This document shows, piece by piece, positions 31,811 to 44,503 of a stretch of DNA of 64,000 bases. The stretch is from Alphaproteobacteria bacterium. GTDB lineage: Bacteria; Pseudomonadota; Alphaproteobacteria; SP197. The notes below the pieces were generated by a model, which saw only the letters and a list, made by a program, of their open reading frames with translations, made no database searches and had not been told where the DNA came from. Within the stretch, counting starts at the first letter, position 1. Every line of letters begins with the position of its first letter. Made by a program: the position numbers and the translations under genes. The stretch lies in contig OZ245842.1 in the NCBI GenBank assembly GCA_965228895.1, positions 1,184,001 to 1,248,000 on the forward strand, in the 5' to 3' direction.

Positions 31811-33580
31811 GTGGCCAAGGACCGTATGACCGGCTCCGAAATGATCGTCAAAGCCCTGCTGGATCAAGGTGCTGACGTCGTATTCGGCTATCCCGGCGGC
31901 GCGGTACTTCCGATCTACGATGCCATCTTCCAGCAGAATCACCTTCGCCACATCCTGGTCCGCCAGGAAGGCGGTGCCGTTCACGCGGCGGAAGGTTATG
32001 CGCGCTCGACCGGCAAGGTCGGAGTCGTTCTGGTGACGTCCGGTCCCGGCGCGACCAACTGTGTGACCGGTTTGACCGACGCGCTGATGGACAGCATTCC
32101 CCTGGTCTGCCTGACCGGACAGGTGCCGACCCATCTGATCGGCAACGACGCGTTTCAGGAGGCCGACACGGTCGGCATCACGCGGCCCTGCACCAAGCAC
32201 AATTATCTGGTGAAGAGCATTGAGGATCTGCCGCGCGTTCTGCACGAGGCATTTCACGTCGCCAGGAGCGGCCGGCCGGGACCGGTCGTCGTCGATCTGC
32301 CGAAAGACGTCGTCAACGCGGAAGGCACCTATCTGCCGCCGGCTCGCGTCAAGCACAAGAGCTACAACCCGCAGGTCAAAGGCGACATGGCCCGCATCGA
32401 AGAAGCGGTCGACCTGCTGGCCAAGGCCGAGCGTCCGATCATCTATGCCGGCGGCGGTGTCGTGAATGCCGGACCGGCTGCGTCCCAGCTGCTGACCAAC
32501 CTGGCCGAGATTTCCGGTTTCCCGGTGACCTTGACCCTGATGGGGTTGGGCGCCCTGCCGGCCTCGCACAAACAGTTCCTCGGCATGCTCGGTATGCACG
32601 GGTCGCTGGAGGCGAACATGGCGATGCACGACTGCGACGTCATGCTGTGCGTTGGTGCGCGGTTCGATGACCGGGTGACCGGCAGGACCGACGCGTTTTC
32701 GCCGGACTCCAAGAAGATCCACATCGATATCGACGCGTCGTCGATCAACAAGAACATCCCCGTCGACGTGCCGATTATCGGCGACTGCGGTTATGTGCTT
32801 GAGGATCTGATCAAGGTCTGGAAGGCGCGTCAGGTGCGGCCTGATGCCAAGGCGCTGGACGCCTGGTGGAAGAGCATTGACGGTTGGCGCAAGAAGAAGT
32901 CGTTCAAGTACAAACAGTCCAAGCAGCTCATCAAGCCGCAATACGCGCTGGAACGGCTCAACGCCCATCTGCAAGGACGTGACGACGTCTTTATCACAAC
33001 GGAGGTCGGCCAGCACCAGATGTGGGCCGCCCAGTTCATCGATTTCGAAAAACCCAACCACTGGATGACGTCCGGCGGCCTCGGCACGATGGGTTATGGC
33101 CTGCCTGCCGCGATGGGCGTTCAGGTCGCCCACCCCGATGCGTTGGTGATCGACGTGGCGGGTGAAGCCTCGATCATGATGAACATTCAGGAGATGTCGA
33201 CGCTGGCGCAGTATCGCCTGCCGGTGAAGGTGTTCATCCTGAACAACCGCTGGATGGGTATGGTGCGCCAGTGGCAGGAGTTCTTCTTCGGCGGCCGCTA
33301 TTCGGAAAGTTACATGGAGTCCTTGCCGGATTTCGTGAAGCTGGCCGAATCGTTCGGCGCGCTCGGTCTACGGGCCTCGAAGCCTGGCGAGGTCGACGAC
33401 ATCATCAAGGAGATGATCGAGACCGACCGGCCGGTCATCGTCGACGTGGAAGTTGACCCCGACGAGAACGTTTATCCGATGATCCCCGCCGGCGCGGCCC
33501 ATAATCAGATCACGATGAGCCCCGGCGACGAGGTAGAACTCGACGACGCGACCAAGGATGAGGGCATGGTGCTCGTTTGA
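31811..33580 (+). CDS. ilvB: acetolactate synthase large subunit
   Basis: GYPGGAVL, TSGPGATN, SGGLGTMG, GMVRQWQ. Confidence 0.95.
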   Translation: MAKDRMTGSEMIVKALLDQGADVVFGYPGGAVLPIYDAIFQQNHLRHILVRQEGGAVHAAEGYARSTGKVGVVLVTSGPGATNCVTGLTDALMDSIPLVCLTGQVPTHLIGNDAFQEADTVGITRPCTKHNYLVKSIEDLPRVLHEAFHVARSGRPGPVVVDLPKDVVNAEGTYLPPARVKHKSYNPQVKGDMARIEEAVDLLAKAERPIIYAGGGVVNAGPAASQLLTNLAEISGFPVTLTLMGLGALPASHKQFLGMLGMHGSLEANMAMHDCDVMLCVGARFDDRVTGRTDAFSPDSKKIHIDIDASSINKNIPVDVPIIGDCGYVLEDLIKVWKARQVRPDAKALDAWWKSIDGWRKKKSFKYKQSKQLIKPQYALERLNAHLQGRDDVFITTEVGQHQMWAAQFIDFEKPNHWMTSGGLGTMGYGLPAAMGVQVAHPDALVIDVAGEASIMMNIQEMSTLAQYRLPVKVFILNNRWMGMVRQWQEFFFGGRYSESYMESLPDFVKLAESFGALGLRASKPGEVDDIIKEMIETDRPVIVDVEVDPDENVYPMIPAGAAHNQITMSPGDEVELDDATKDEGMVLV

Positions 33581-33659
33581 GCCTGGCCCTTGAGAGACAA
33601 ACCTTGATCGGAGACGTGCGCCGGACGAAACCGGCCCGTCTCCGTCGTTGGGGGATAAA

Positions 33660-34172
33660 GTGACAGACAAAGAAACTTCGCGGCGCGCTACGATTGCTGT
33701 TCTCGTTGATAACGAACCAGGCGTCCTGGCGCGCGTCATCGGCCTGTTCTCAGGCCGCGGCTACAACATCGACAGCCTGACGGTCAGTGAGGTCGATCCC
33801 GAACACGGGCGGTCCCGGATCACCGTCGTGACTGCTGGAACCGAAATGATCATCGAGCAGATCAAGGCGCAGTTGCGCCGGCTGGTGCCGGTACACCGGG
33901 TCAGCGATCTGACCGCCGAGGGCCCCCATGTCGAGCGCGAGTTGGCGCTGGTGAAGGTTGCGGGCGCCGGTGAAAAGCGCGTAGAAGCATTGCGTATCGC
34001 CGACGTCTTCCGGGCCCGCGTGGTCGACAGCACGATCGAGTCGTTCGTCTTCGAAATCACCGGTGCGTCGGACAAGATCGACGCCTTTGTGAACCTGATG
34101 CAGCCCCTGGGCCTGGCCGATGTCTCGCGCACCGGCGTTGTCGCTATTTCCCGCGGCCCCAAGCCCATCTGA
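33660..34172 (+). CDS. ilvN: acetolactate synthase small subunit
   Basis: NEPGVLARV.GLFSGRGYNI. Confidence 0.94.
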   Translation: MTDKETSRRATIAVLVDNEPGVLARVIGLFSGRGYNIDSLTVSEVDPEHGRSRITVVTAGTEMIIEQIKAQLRRLVPVHRVSDLTAEGPHVERELALVKVAGAGEKRVEALRIADVFRARVVDSTIESFVFEITGASDKIDAFVNLMQPLGLADVSRTGVVAISRGPKPI

Positions 34173-34204
34173 ACTCCGTATGGCCGCCCGGGCTAGATGA
34201 CTAA

Positions 34205-35254
<1,050 letters not shown>

Positions 35255-35413
35255 TCGGGATGCCTCTTCTGATCGCCCTTGGCAGACAGCCCGGATTGTG
35301 ACAGGTGTCACGGGTACACCCCGAATTATTAACTATCGTTGATAAACGTAGGTCATGGTATGAATGTCGCCGGCTAGTTGCTTGAAATAGCTGGTGAAAT
35401 TTCGCCTCGTTAG

Positions 35414-36601
<1,188 letters not shown>

Positions 36602-36648
36602 CAACAATCGCGTGGCGCTTGGGGACAGCGCCACCGGGGTAACGCCGT

Positions 36649-37509
36649 ATGCTGAAGCTGACCTATTCCATAAGAGGAATCGTTCAGCGCTTCGCGTTGC
36701 CGCTGTTCATCGGCGTCGCCATCGCCTTGATGTTGCTGAACAGGGTCGACAATCCCATCGTCGTGAACATGCGCGCCCAGGCCGTCGACGGCTTGGCGCC
36801 GGTCATGGACGTACTGTCGCGCCCGGTCGGCGCGGTCCAGGACGGTATCGACTACATCGATCACTTCTTTTCCGTCTTCGAAGAGAACGCCCAGCTTCGT
36901 GAGGAGAACGAGCGCCTGTTGCACTGGCAGACCGTGGCGCGTCGCCTGGGGGCTGAGAACGACGAGTTCCGCGTCCTGCTATCGGCGGTCGCCGAGCCGC
37001 GCAGCGCCTTTGTCACGGCGCGGGTGATCGGCATGTCCAGCGGCAGTTTCGTGCGCACCGCGCTGTTGAATGCCGGCGCCAATGACGGGGTCGGGGTCGG
37101 CCAGGCCGTGGTGACGGCTGAGGGCATGATCGGCCGCATTGTCGAGGTCGGCAATCGAAGTGCCCGCATCCTGCTTCTGACCGACCTGAACAGCCGCATT
37201 CCGGTGGTGATCGAGCGGACCGGCGAGGCCGCTGTGGTGTCGGGCGACAACTCCGACCGCCTTCGCCTGGTCTATGTCACCGACGAGGATGTGGTAACGG
37301 TCGGCGACAGGCTGGTGACGTCGGGCGAGGGCGGCATGCTGCCGCCGGGCCTGCCGGTCGGTCAGGTAACCGCCAATCAGGATGGCGTGTGGCAGGTCCA
37401 GCCGTTTGTGGACGTAGGCCGCGCCGGGTATGTGCGTGTCCTGGATTACGCCCTGCCGGGTCTCTTGCCGACGACCCGTGAAGCCGGCGCCATCGATCAG
37501 CTCTGGTAA
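36649..37509 (+). CDS. mreC: rod shape protein MreC
   Basis: TM, coiled coil, VTSG.GG..P.GLPVG; operon position. Confidence 0.92.
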   Translation: MLKLTYSIRGIVQRFALPLFIGVAIALMLLNRVDNPIVVNMRAQAVDGLAPVMDVLSRPVGAVQDGIDYIDHFFSVFEENAQLREENERLLHWQTVARRLGAENDEFRVLLSAVAEPRSAFVTARVIGMSSGSFVRTALLNAGANDGVGVGQAVVTAEGMIGRIVEVGNRSARILLLTDLNSRIPVVIERTGEAAVVSGDNSDRLRLVYVTDEDVVTVGDRLVTSGEGGMLPPGLPVGQVTANQDGVWQVQPFVDVGRAGYVRVLDYALPGLLPTTREAGAIDQLW

Positions 37510-38039
37510 TGGAAAGCCAGGTCCGCAGACTACGTTATCTGGTCGCCGGTCTGGCGCCGTTCTTGGTGGCGGTCGCCCTTTCCATGTTGATGGCCGTGCC
37601 GCTGCAACTGCCCCATGTGGGCGCGGTGACACCATCGTTGACGCTTGCTGCGGTGTTCTATTGGGCCGTCTTCCGTCCGGACCTGTTCGGCTATGCCGCC
37701 GCGTTCTTCCTTGGTCTGATCAGCGATATCGTCACTGGTGGCCCGCTGGGCTTGGGTGCTCTGGTCCTGGTCGTCGCGCAGGCAGTCAGCGTCACACAGC
37801 GCCGGTTCTTCCTGCACAAGCCGTTTCACATTCTGTGGTGGGGTTTCGCGCTGATCGCACCGCTGGCCATGCTGCTGCGCTGGCTGCTCGGCTCCATCTA
37901 CATGGGAACCTTCCTGGCCATCGCGCCGGTCGTGCTGCAGGCGATCGTGACCGTTGCCATCTTCCCGGCCGTCGCGTGGCTGCTGGGCCGTTGCCATGCC
38001 CTGTTGCCGCGCATGGCCGGCAACGCCACGTCAGGTTGA
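37509..38039 (+). CDS. mreD: rod shape protein MreD
   Basis: Hydrophobic, YW...RP, GL..D; operon position. Confidence 0.88.
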   Translation: MESQVRRLRYLVAGLAPFLVAVALSMLMAVPLQLPHVGAVTPSLTLAAVFYWAVFRPDLFGYAAAFFLGLISDIVTGGPLGLGALVLVVAQAVSVTQRRFFLHKPFHILWWGFALIAPLAMLLRWLLGSIYMGTFLAIAPVVLQAIVTVAIFPAVAWLLGRCHALLPRMAGNATSG

Positions 38040-38040
38040 C

Positions 38041-39912
38041 ATGAACCGCGATCTCGACAGGCGCAAACAGTTCGCCCGGCGCACCGTTATCCTGGCCGGT
38101 GGCCAGGCGCTGCTGCTGTCCGGTCTGGTCGCACGGCTCTACCAGCTTCAGGTGGTTGAGGCGGAAGCCTATGAGGTTCTGGCTGAAGAGAACCGCATCA
38201 ACATGCGCTTGTTGCCGCCGCCACGTGGCCTGATCCTCGATCGGTTCGGCAATGGCGTCGCGGTGAACCGGCAGAACTATCGTCTGGTCTTGGTTTCCGA
38301 GCAGACCGAAAGTGTCGCCGACACCCTGGACCGGCTTGGCGCGATCATCGAACTCACCGACCGCGATATCAGCCGGGTCAACCGCGAGACATCGCGCAAG
38401 CGCGACTTCGTGCCGGTGACGGTGCGTGAGGATCTGACCTGGTCCGAAGTCGCCCGGGTCGAGGTCAACGCGCCGGAGCTGCCCGGTGTGATGATCGAGG
38501 TCGGCCAGAGCCGCCTCTATCCCTATGGCGACCTTGCCGCCCATGTCACCGGCTATGTCGGCGCGGTTTCCGAGGCGGAGCTGACCGGCGATCCGCTGCT
38601 CGAGCTGCCCGGCTTCCGCACCGGCAAGAATGGCGCCGAACGGATCTTCGAGCCGGTGTTGCGCGGCAGCGCGGGCACCCAGCATGTCGAGGTCAACGCC
38701 TATGGCAGGATCATTCGCGAGATCGCACGTCAGGAAGGGTTGCCGGGCAACGACCTGACCTTGACCATCGACATGGGCCTTCAGGCCTTTGCCGCGCGCC
38801 GCCTGCAGGACGAAGCAGGTGCCGTTGTGGTGATGGACGTGACCAACGGTGATGTCCTGGCACTCGTCTCCTCGCCCAGCTTCGACCCCAACGTCTTCAC
38901 CTATGGTCTCAGTGGCGATCTCTGGCAGACTCTTTTGAATGACCCGAAGACGCCGCTGATCAACAAGGCCGTGGCCGGCCAATATCCGCCGGGCTCGACC
39001 TACAAGATGATGGTCGCCTTAGCCGGACTCCAGGAAGGCTTGATCGACCCCAACGATACGGTCTGGTGCCCTGGCTACTACACGCTCGGCAACCATCGCT
39101 TCCATTGTTGGAAGCGTGGCGGTCATGGGCACATGAACATGGTCGATGCGATCAAACGCTCGTGCGACGTCTACTTTTACGACACCGCCCGCAAGCTCGG
39201 CGCCGAGCGGATGGCGGAAATGTCGCATCGGTTCGGCCTGGGCGAGACGAGTGGCATCGAGCTGCCCGGCGAGCGCGCAGGGCTGATTCCGACGCCGGCG
39301 TGGAAGTTGGCGGTTCTCGGCGACTCCTGGCAAGGCGGCGAGACGTTGATCGCGGGCATCGGCCAGGGATACGTGCTGACGACGCCGTTGCAGCTGGCGG
39401 TGATGGCGGCACGCCTGGGTAACGGACAGGCCAAGGTGGTGCCCAGACTGGCGCGGCCAGCCGACGGGCCGGACATCCCTGCGTTCGAGCCGCTTGGTGT
39501 CAACCCTTTCGCCATGGATCTGGTGCGCGAGGGCATGGTCCGGGTGGTCAACGACCCGCAGGGCGGCACCGCCTATCGCGCCCGCATCGAAGACGAAGGC
39601 ATGACCATGGCCGGCAAGACCGGCACAGCCCAGGTGCGCCGTATGACAGCCGCCGACCGTGCCGCCAACACACCGATCGAGGAGATCCCGTGGATCGAGC
39701 GGGACCACGCTCTTTTCGTCGCCTATGCGCCGATCGACAACCCGCGCTATGCGATCGCCGTTGTTGTCGAGCATGGCGGTGGCGGTTCACGCGTGGCGGC
39801 GCCGATAGCACGCGATGTTCTGCGTGAGGCGCAACGGCGCCAGTCGGCCCGCTTTCAGGACATCCCGGTCGCCGACCCGGTCGAGACACCCGTCGTCAGT
39901 TCGGAGCTCTGA
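38041..39912 (+). CDS. mrdA: penicillin-binding protein 2
   Basis: STYK, SCD, KTG motifs. Confidence 0.95.
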   Translation: MNRDLDRRKQFARRTVILAGGQALLLSGLVARLYQLQVVEAEAYEVLAEENRINMRLLPPPRGLILDRFGNGVAVNRQNYRLVLVSEQTESVADTLDRLGAIIELTDRDISRVNRETSRKRDFVPVTVREDLTWSEVARVEVNAPELPGVMIEVGQSRLYPYGDLAAHVTGYVGAVSEAELTGDPLLELPGFRTGKNGAERIFEPVLRGSAGTQHVEVNAYGRIIREIARQEGLPGNDLTLTIDMGLQAFAARRLQDEAGAVVVMDVTNGDVLALVSSPSFDPNVFTYGLSGDLWQTLLNDPKTPLINKAVAGQYPPGSTYKMMVALAGLQEGLIDPNDTVWCPGYYTLGNHRFHCWKRGGHGHMNMVDAIKRSCDVYFYDTARKLGAERMAEMSHRFGLGETSGIELPGERAGLIPTPAWKLAVLGDSWQGGETLIAGIGQGYVLTTPLQLAVMAARLGNGQAKVVPRLARPADGPDIPAFEPLGVNPFAMDLVREGMVRVVNDPQGGTAYRARIEDEGMTMAGKTGTAQVRRMTAADRAANTPIEEIPWIERDHALFVAYAPIDNPRYAIAVVVEHGGGGSRVAAPIARDVLREAQRRQSARFQDIPVADPVETPVVSSEL

Positions 39913-39917
39913 CCGGC

Positions 39918-41072
39918 ATGGCCAACACCGCGCACTATATCGGCCGACCCGCGCTCACCCTGCGCCACAAGCTCGGTCAGATGTCCTGGGGCCTCGTGGC
40001 GCTTCTGGTCATGGTCGCGGTCATGGGCTTCGCCATGCTCTATTCCGCCGCCAACGGCAGTCTGGAGCCGTGGGCGTCGCGCCAGATGATCCGCTTCGGG
40101 GTCGGCATGGTGCTGATGTTCATCGTTGCCATGATCGATATCCGTCAACTGCATCGGTTCGCCTATGTCTTCTTTGTCGTCGCGTTGCTTCTGCTGGTCG
40201 CTGTCGAGGTGATGGGCCGGGTCGGCATGGGGGCGCAGCGCTGGATCGATCTGGGGGTCTTTCAGCTACAGCCCTCCGAACTGATGAAGCTGGCGCTGGT
40301 TCTGGCGCTGGCTCGCTACTTCCATGGACTGGGGCCGGAAGGCATTGCCAAGATGAAGGCCTTGATCGGCCCCATCATCTTGATCGGCGTGCCGACGGCG
40401 CTGGTCCTGAAACAGCCGGATTTGGGCACGGCCATGCTGCTGGCGGCTGGCGGCGTCGCGCTGTGCTTCGCGGCCGGGATCCAATGGCGCTATTTCATCG
40501 GCGCCGGCGTCGCCTTTGCCGCCGCGTTGCCGGTTGGCTGGCAGATGCTGCATGACTATCAGCGTCAACGCATTCTGACCTACCTCGACCCCAGCTCCGA
40601 CCCGCTGGGCGCCGGCTATCACATCCTGCAGTCGAAGATCGCGTTGGGTTCCGGCGGGATGTTCGGCAAGGGGTTCATGGCGGGCACCCAAAGCCATCTG
40701 GAGTTCCTGCCGGAAATGCAAACGGATTTCATCTTCACCATGCTGGCCGAAGAACTGGGCATGGCAGGGGCGCTGTTGTTGCTCGTGCTCTATGTGCTGA
40801 TCATCGCCTACGGAATCGGCGTCAGCCTGCGCGCGACCAGTCAGTTCGGCCGTCTGGTCGCGCTCGGCGTGACGGTGACGTTCTTTCTTTACGTCTTCAT
40901 CAACATCGCCATGGTGACCGGCCTGGTGCCGGTGGTCGGCGTGCCGCTGCCGTTGATCTCCTATGGCGGCACGGCGATGATGACCCTGATGGTCGGCTTC
41001 GGCATGCTGGCCAGCGTCCACGTGCACCGCGACACGCCGGTGCCGCGCCGTCCGGGCGGCTCGCTCTACTGA
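39918..41072 (+). CDS. rodA: SEDS peptidoglycan polymerase RodA
   Basis: GAQRW, QPSE..K, QPDLGT, TDFIF, PLISYGG. Confidence 0.95.
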   Translation: MANTAHYIGRPALTLRHKLGQMSWGLVALLVMVAVMGFAMLYSAANGSLEPWASRQMIRFGVGMVLMFIVAMIDIRQLHRFAYVFFVVALLLLVAVEVMGRVGMGAQRWIDLGVFQLQPSELMKLALVLALARYFHGLGPEGIAKMKALIGPIILIGVPTALVLKQPDLGTAMLLAAGGVALCFAAGIQWRYFIGAGVAFAAALPVGWQMLHDYQRQRILTYLDPSSDPLGAGYHILQSKIALGSGGMFGKGFMAGTQSHLEFLPEMQTDFIFTMLAEELGMAGALLLLVLYVLIIAYGIGVSLRATSQFGRLVALGVTVTFFLYVFINIAMVTGLVPVVGVPLPLISYGGTAMMTLMVGFGMLASVHVHRDTPVPRRPGGSLY

Positions 41073-41174
41073 CAGACCTGCTTGCGAAACGACGAGAGCC
41101 CAAACCGCTCACGGTTTGAGCCCTCGGGGATCGTTGTTGTCAACACGCAGTGGCATGCCTGCGTGGCGATCAGT

Positions 41175-41933
41175 TTAGAAACCCGCGGTCTCGAACAGCT
41201 TGTCGAGTTCGCCGGAATCCTTGAGCTGGGCCAGCAGCGTGTTGATCTCCTCGACCGGCGGCGCCGATTCCGGACGCAGCACGAAGCTGTGGCGGTATTC
41301 CTGATCGATCTTGTCGGCGACCAGGAACTTGCCCAGGAACTCCGGATGGTTGCCCAGGAACTTCCTCAAGTAGGCCTCCGGCACGATCGCGATATCGGCC
41401 CGTCCGTCCTGCACGTAATAGAGACTGGTGCAGGGGTTCAGCGGTTGCTCGACCATATAGGTTGTTTGCAGATAGGCCGGATCGGCATTGAAATCGGCAA
41501 AACCGTAATGAAAGCCATAGACGGCGGCGATCTTGTGCTCGGTGACGTCGTCGAAGAAGCTTTGATCGCGGTCGACATCGGCGCGCGTGACATAGATCTC
41601 CTGGCCGGTCATGAAGACATCCGACATCACGACGTCCTGGTCGGCCCAGCCCCACTCCGGACTTTCGAAGGCGATCATGTCGAACTTGCCGGCCGCCAGG
41701 TCGTCAAAGCGATCACGGGCCGAGGTATCGACGATTTCGAAGACATAATCGTCCTGCGCCTCGTTCATCAGGTCGACGAGGTCGGCGACGATGCCGCCGA
41801 CACCGGTGGCGGTCTGCTCCGAGAACGGCGGGAAGTAATAGGCGCCGATCTTAATGGTTTCGGCGGCTTTGGCGGCGCTGATCGAGAGCGAGAGCGCCAA
41901 GCCAATACTAGCAAGTGCCCAAAAACGACGCAT
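41175..41933 (-). CDS. periplasmic solute-binding protein (family 3-like)
   Basis: Signal peptide, FPPF, G...DL, C-terminal GEL.K. Confidence 0.75.
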   Translation of the reverse strand: MRRFWALASIGLALSLSISAAKAAETIKIGAYYFPPFSEQTATGVGGIVADLVDLMNEAQDDYVFEIVDTSARDRFDDLAAGKFDMIAFESPEWGWADQDVVMSDVFMTGQEIYVTRADVDRDQSFFDDVTEHKIAAVYGFHYGFADFNADPAYLQTTYMVEQPLNPCTSLYYVQDGRADIAIVPEAYLRKFLGNHPEFLGKFLVADKIDQEYRHSFVLRPESAPPVEEINTLLAQLKDSGELDKLFETAGF

Positions 41934-42107
41934 GGCGAGCCTCCTTATGCGTTGCTGTCACCAAGGTCCCTCCGAACCGGCCCGAAGGCCGGCTGCTGCC
42001 TCAGTTTAAGCCCGTTCCGGCACCGATTAAAGCGGGCGCCGGAACGCCGCGCATACCGCCGCTTTCGGGCGTCTCGACAAGCCCCGGCGCGTTTGATAGA
42101 TAGGCGC

Positions 42108-42186
<79 letters not shown>

Positions 42187-42249
42187 TTCGTAATAATTAC
42201 AATGACCTAAAGGTACATACGCCTTCCGTCGCATCTGGTCGATCGCCCT

Positions 42250-42269
42250 AAGATAACGCTGAAATAACA
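42250..42269 (+). repeat. putative integrase arm-type site (left)
   Basis: AAGATAACGCTGAAATAACA, 18/20 identical to 51686-51705. Confidence 0.7.
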
Positions 42270-42272
42270 CCA

Positions 42273-42830
42273 ATGCAGGAAATACCCATAGACTGGGGCA
42301 ATGCCCTCGTCGCATTTGTCGCTGAACTAATCTTGGTCCTGTTGGTCGTTCTATTCACCCCAAAGGCCAAGGTCATTTGGGGCATTAGCCACGGGTTCAC
42401 CTATCGGTTGACTTGGCCGAACCAACCAGATCTTAGGGTGCAAACCCAAAAGGTGACTGTTCACAACGTTGGTCGAGCGGCGGCGAGCGATGTGGAAGTC
42501 CATCTGAACTTCGAGCCCGAGCACTTCAATGTTTGGCCGACGCAAAACTACGAAACTGAGAAGAACCCAGAAGACCGCTTCACAATAAAGTTCCGGTCCT
42601 TAGGTCGTAACGAGCACGTGTCGATTGAAATGTTGTCGACAGGTGACCTTGAAGTTCCTGCCGTTCTCAGTGTCCGAAGCCCTCAGGGTGTCGCCAAGAT
42701 GGTCGCATTTGCACCTCTTCGGGTGTTCCCTCGTGCGGTCAATTTGACGTTTGTGGTTCTTGCCGCGATCGGGATCCTAGCGATCTTTTACATGATTGTA
42801 GCCGTCGTAAGCAGGGCGCTCGGCACATAA
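42273..42830 (+). CDS. hypothetical membrane protein (TM, beta-rich domain, TM)
   Basis: 185-aa ORF with hydrophobic ends and V.N.G..AA.DV motif. Confidence 0.7.
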   Translation: MQEIPIDWGNALVAFVAELILVLLVVLFTPKAKVIWGISHGFTYRLTWPNQPDLRVQTQKVTVHNVGRAAASDVEVHLNFEPEHFNVWPTQNYETEKNPEDRFTIKFRSLGRNEHVSIEMLSTGDLEVPAVLSVRSPQGVAKMVAFAPLRVFPRAVNLTFVVLAAIGILAIFYMIVAVVSRALGT

Positions 42831-42960
42831 CGATTTGTCGGTGCGGACGCATGATCCATGGTCCAATTCGGCTTCACTGATTGTCCGGACATGATTGGAT
42901 TCATTGCGCGTCCGCCAGTTTAGCCGCTGGTGATTTCGTATTGGTGTTAGTGACGACTGC

Positions 42961-43488
42961 CTAGAGAATCACCCCTGCTTCATGCGCTAGGCGTTCGACG
43001 AGAGCAGCCAACAAAATGATAGCGGCTAAGACTGCAGGCACGATCGAGAGAAAGAGCGACGGATAAAAGATCCGTTGAGACCACAGCAAATCAGATTGCC
43101 TTTGCTCATCAAGCTTCCTTTGCATTTCGGTTATGCCTGCTTGTGTCTGCTCGACTCCATCGGTCGCATTCGCCATCACGAATTGTTGCCTCGCCATTTT
43201 GATCGTCGTGAGGACAGTGACCGCAATATAGACAGCAAGTGAGAACGCCATAGCTAAACCCGTAGTCAACATCTCCCATGGAGCCATGTAGTCTCGAACA
43301 AATGCCCATAGAGCAAAAAAGCCAGCATAGCCGCCTGCTAGTATGACTCGATTGTACGCCTGTGACTTGTCGATTGAGTGAGCAATGAGTTCTTTCTGAA
43401 AGTCGATGACCTTCTTCGCAAATCGCTCTTCTTCGAGCGCCCGCAACCTCTCAGCATTTTCTTTGACCGCTTTGATCAGGTCTTCCAT
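42961..43488 (-). CDS. hypothetical 3-TM membrane protein
   Basis: ORF with three hydrophobic segments and a helical linker; start placed at MEDLIK. Confidence 0.7.
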   Translation of the reverse strand: MEDLIKAVKENAERLRALEEERFAKKVIDFQKELIAHSIDKSQAYNRVILAGGYAGFFALWAFVRDYMAPWEMLTTGLAMAFSLAVYIAVTVLTTIKMARQQFVMANATDGVEQTQAGITEMQRKLDEQRQSDLLWSQRIFYPSLFLSIVPAVLAAIILLAALVERLAHEAGVIL

Positions 43489-43599
43489 TGTCCTGTCTCT
43501 TACCGGCATTCCTCGGAATTCCTGGTGAGATGAGAATCTTCCGGACTGATGACGGAGGCAGTTGGAATTCTGCCTCCGTCATCTGGTTGCTGGCCGGAG

Positions 43600-44064
43600 T
43601 TACGCGGCCTGATCGAATGGCTGGTAGTTGTCGGGATCCCCAGCATCAATCTCGTGCACGGTCAGCTTGGCTCTTGGCACACAACGCTCAGCCACCTGCT
43701 GCGGAGTCAGGCTGGGGTCAAGTTCAAGTCGTTCGATCGTCAACAGGCGAATAACGGCTTCCGCATTCGGATCCAGTTCGGCTTCACCTCTCTCCCAACG
43801 ACCGACCGATTGTCCTTCCTTGTGCACAATCTTACCAAGTTCGGCCTGAGTAAAACCCATCTCCGTACGCAGGAAGCGCAGTTCATCAGGCGACATGCTG
43901 CTTTCGCCAGTGACAATCATGTGCGCGATGAGCTTTTGCAGTCCGGCGACATTCTTGATCACTACGACGTTGTCACCGTCATCGTCCGTGTACACTTCCA
44001 CGTTACGCAGTCGCACGTTCTCCAGCCCGCACTCAGTGTAGTGGTACACATCTAGACGATTCAT
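43600..44064 (-). CDS. HTH (Xre/MqsA-like) antitoxin
   Basis: YHYTECGL.NV.L start, ELRFLR..MG.TQAELG...V.RWERG; GGAGG RBS. Confidence 0.8.
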   Translation of the reverse strand: MNRLDVYHYTECGLENVRLRNVEVYTDDDGDNVVVIKNVAGLQKLIAHMIVTGESSMSPDELRFLRTEMGFTQAELGKIVHKEGQSVGRWERGEAELDPNAEAVIRLLTIERLELDPSLTPQQVAERCVPRAKLTVHEIDAGDPDNYQPFDQAA

Positions 44065-44094
44065 CGGATTTCCTCCTTTTCGGCTCTTGCGAAC

Positions 44095-44469
44095 CTACGA
44101 ACGCTCTCTCGGCTCATCCGCCCACATAACCGTAACTAACTTCAGACGTGTTCTCTGCGTGATCGACGGAATCACGACAACGCGAACAGTTCTGTTTCCG
44201 GAGTTCGGCGTCTTACTTTCGATTTCGTACTTGTAGAACCCCGCTTTTGTCGCCGGTTCGGCGTCGGCAAAAACAAAACCGCACTTCATGCAGTAGAGCG
44301 CGTCACCGAGAATAAGACTTCGATCACGCATCTGATCCTTTGCGTGCTGCGTGATTGCCAGGTCGGGGTTGTGCTGAGCGATATCATTGATTTGCCGAGT
44401 TGCGTCCGCAGGTGACCAAGGCTGACGTTTCAGCCGCTTTGAGCGCCGTTTTTTTGGTTCGCTGCTCAT
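44095..44469 (-). CDS. DUF4258-like putative toxin
   Basis: T.HAK.QM..R, C-terminal LVTVMW; sits upstream of the HTH antitoxin. Confidence 0.72.
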   Translation of the reverse strand: MSSEPKKRRSKRLKRQPWSPADATRQINDIAQHNPDLAITQHAKDQMRDRSLILGDALYCMKCGFVFADAEPATKAGFYKYEIESKTPNSGNRTVRVVVIPSITQRTRLKLVTVMWADEPRERS

Positions 44470-44480
44470 GGTGTTGGAGA

Positions 44481-44503
44481 GGATATATCATCGTGATACA
44501 TCC
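44481..44503. promoter_or_regulatory. palindromic operator in the TA promoter
   Basis: GGAT-A-TATCA-TCG-TGATA-C-ATCC covering the spacer and -10 of a minus-strand TTGAAT...TATATC promoter. Confidence 0.6.

Noticed and set aside
31544-33133. Long antisense ORFs (529 aa here; others over uvrD, fumC, mrdA and the hydroxy-acid dehydrogenase)
   Set aside because: Shadow frames of high-GC genes with no motifs
35329-35343. CtrA box upstream of mreB (TTAA-N7-TGAT)
   Set aside because: The second half-site has two mismatches; too weak to call
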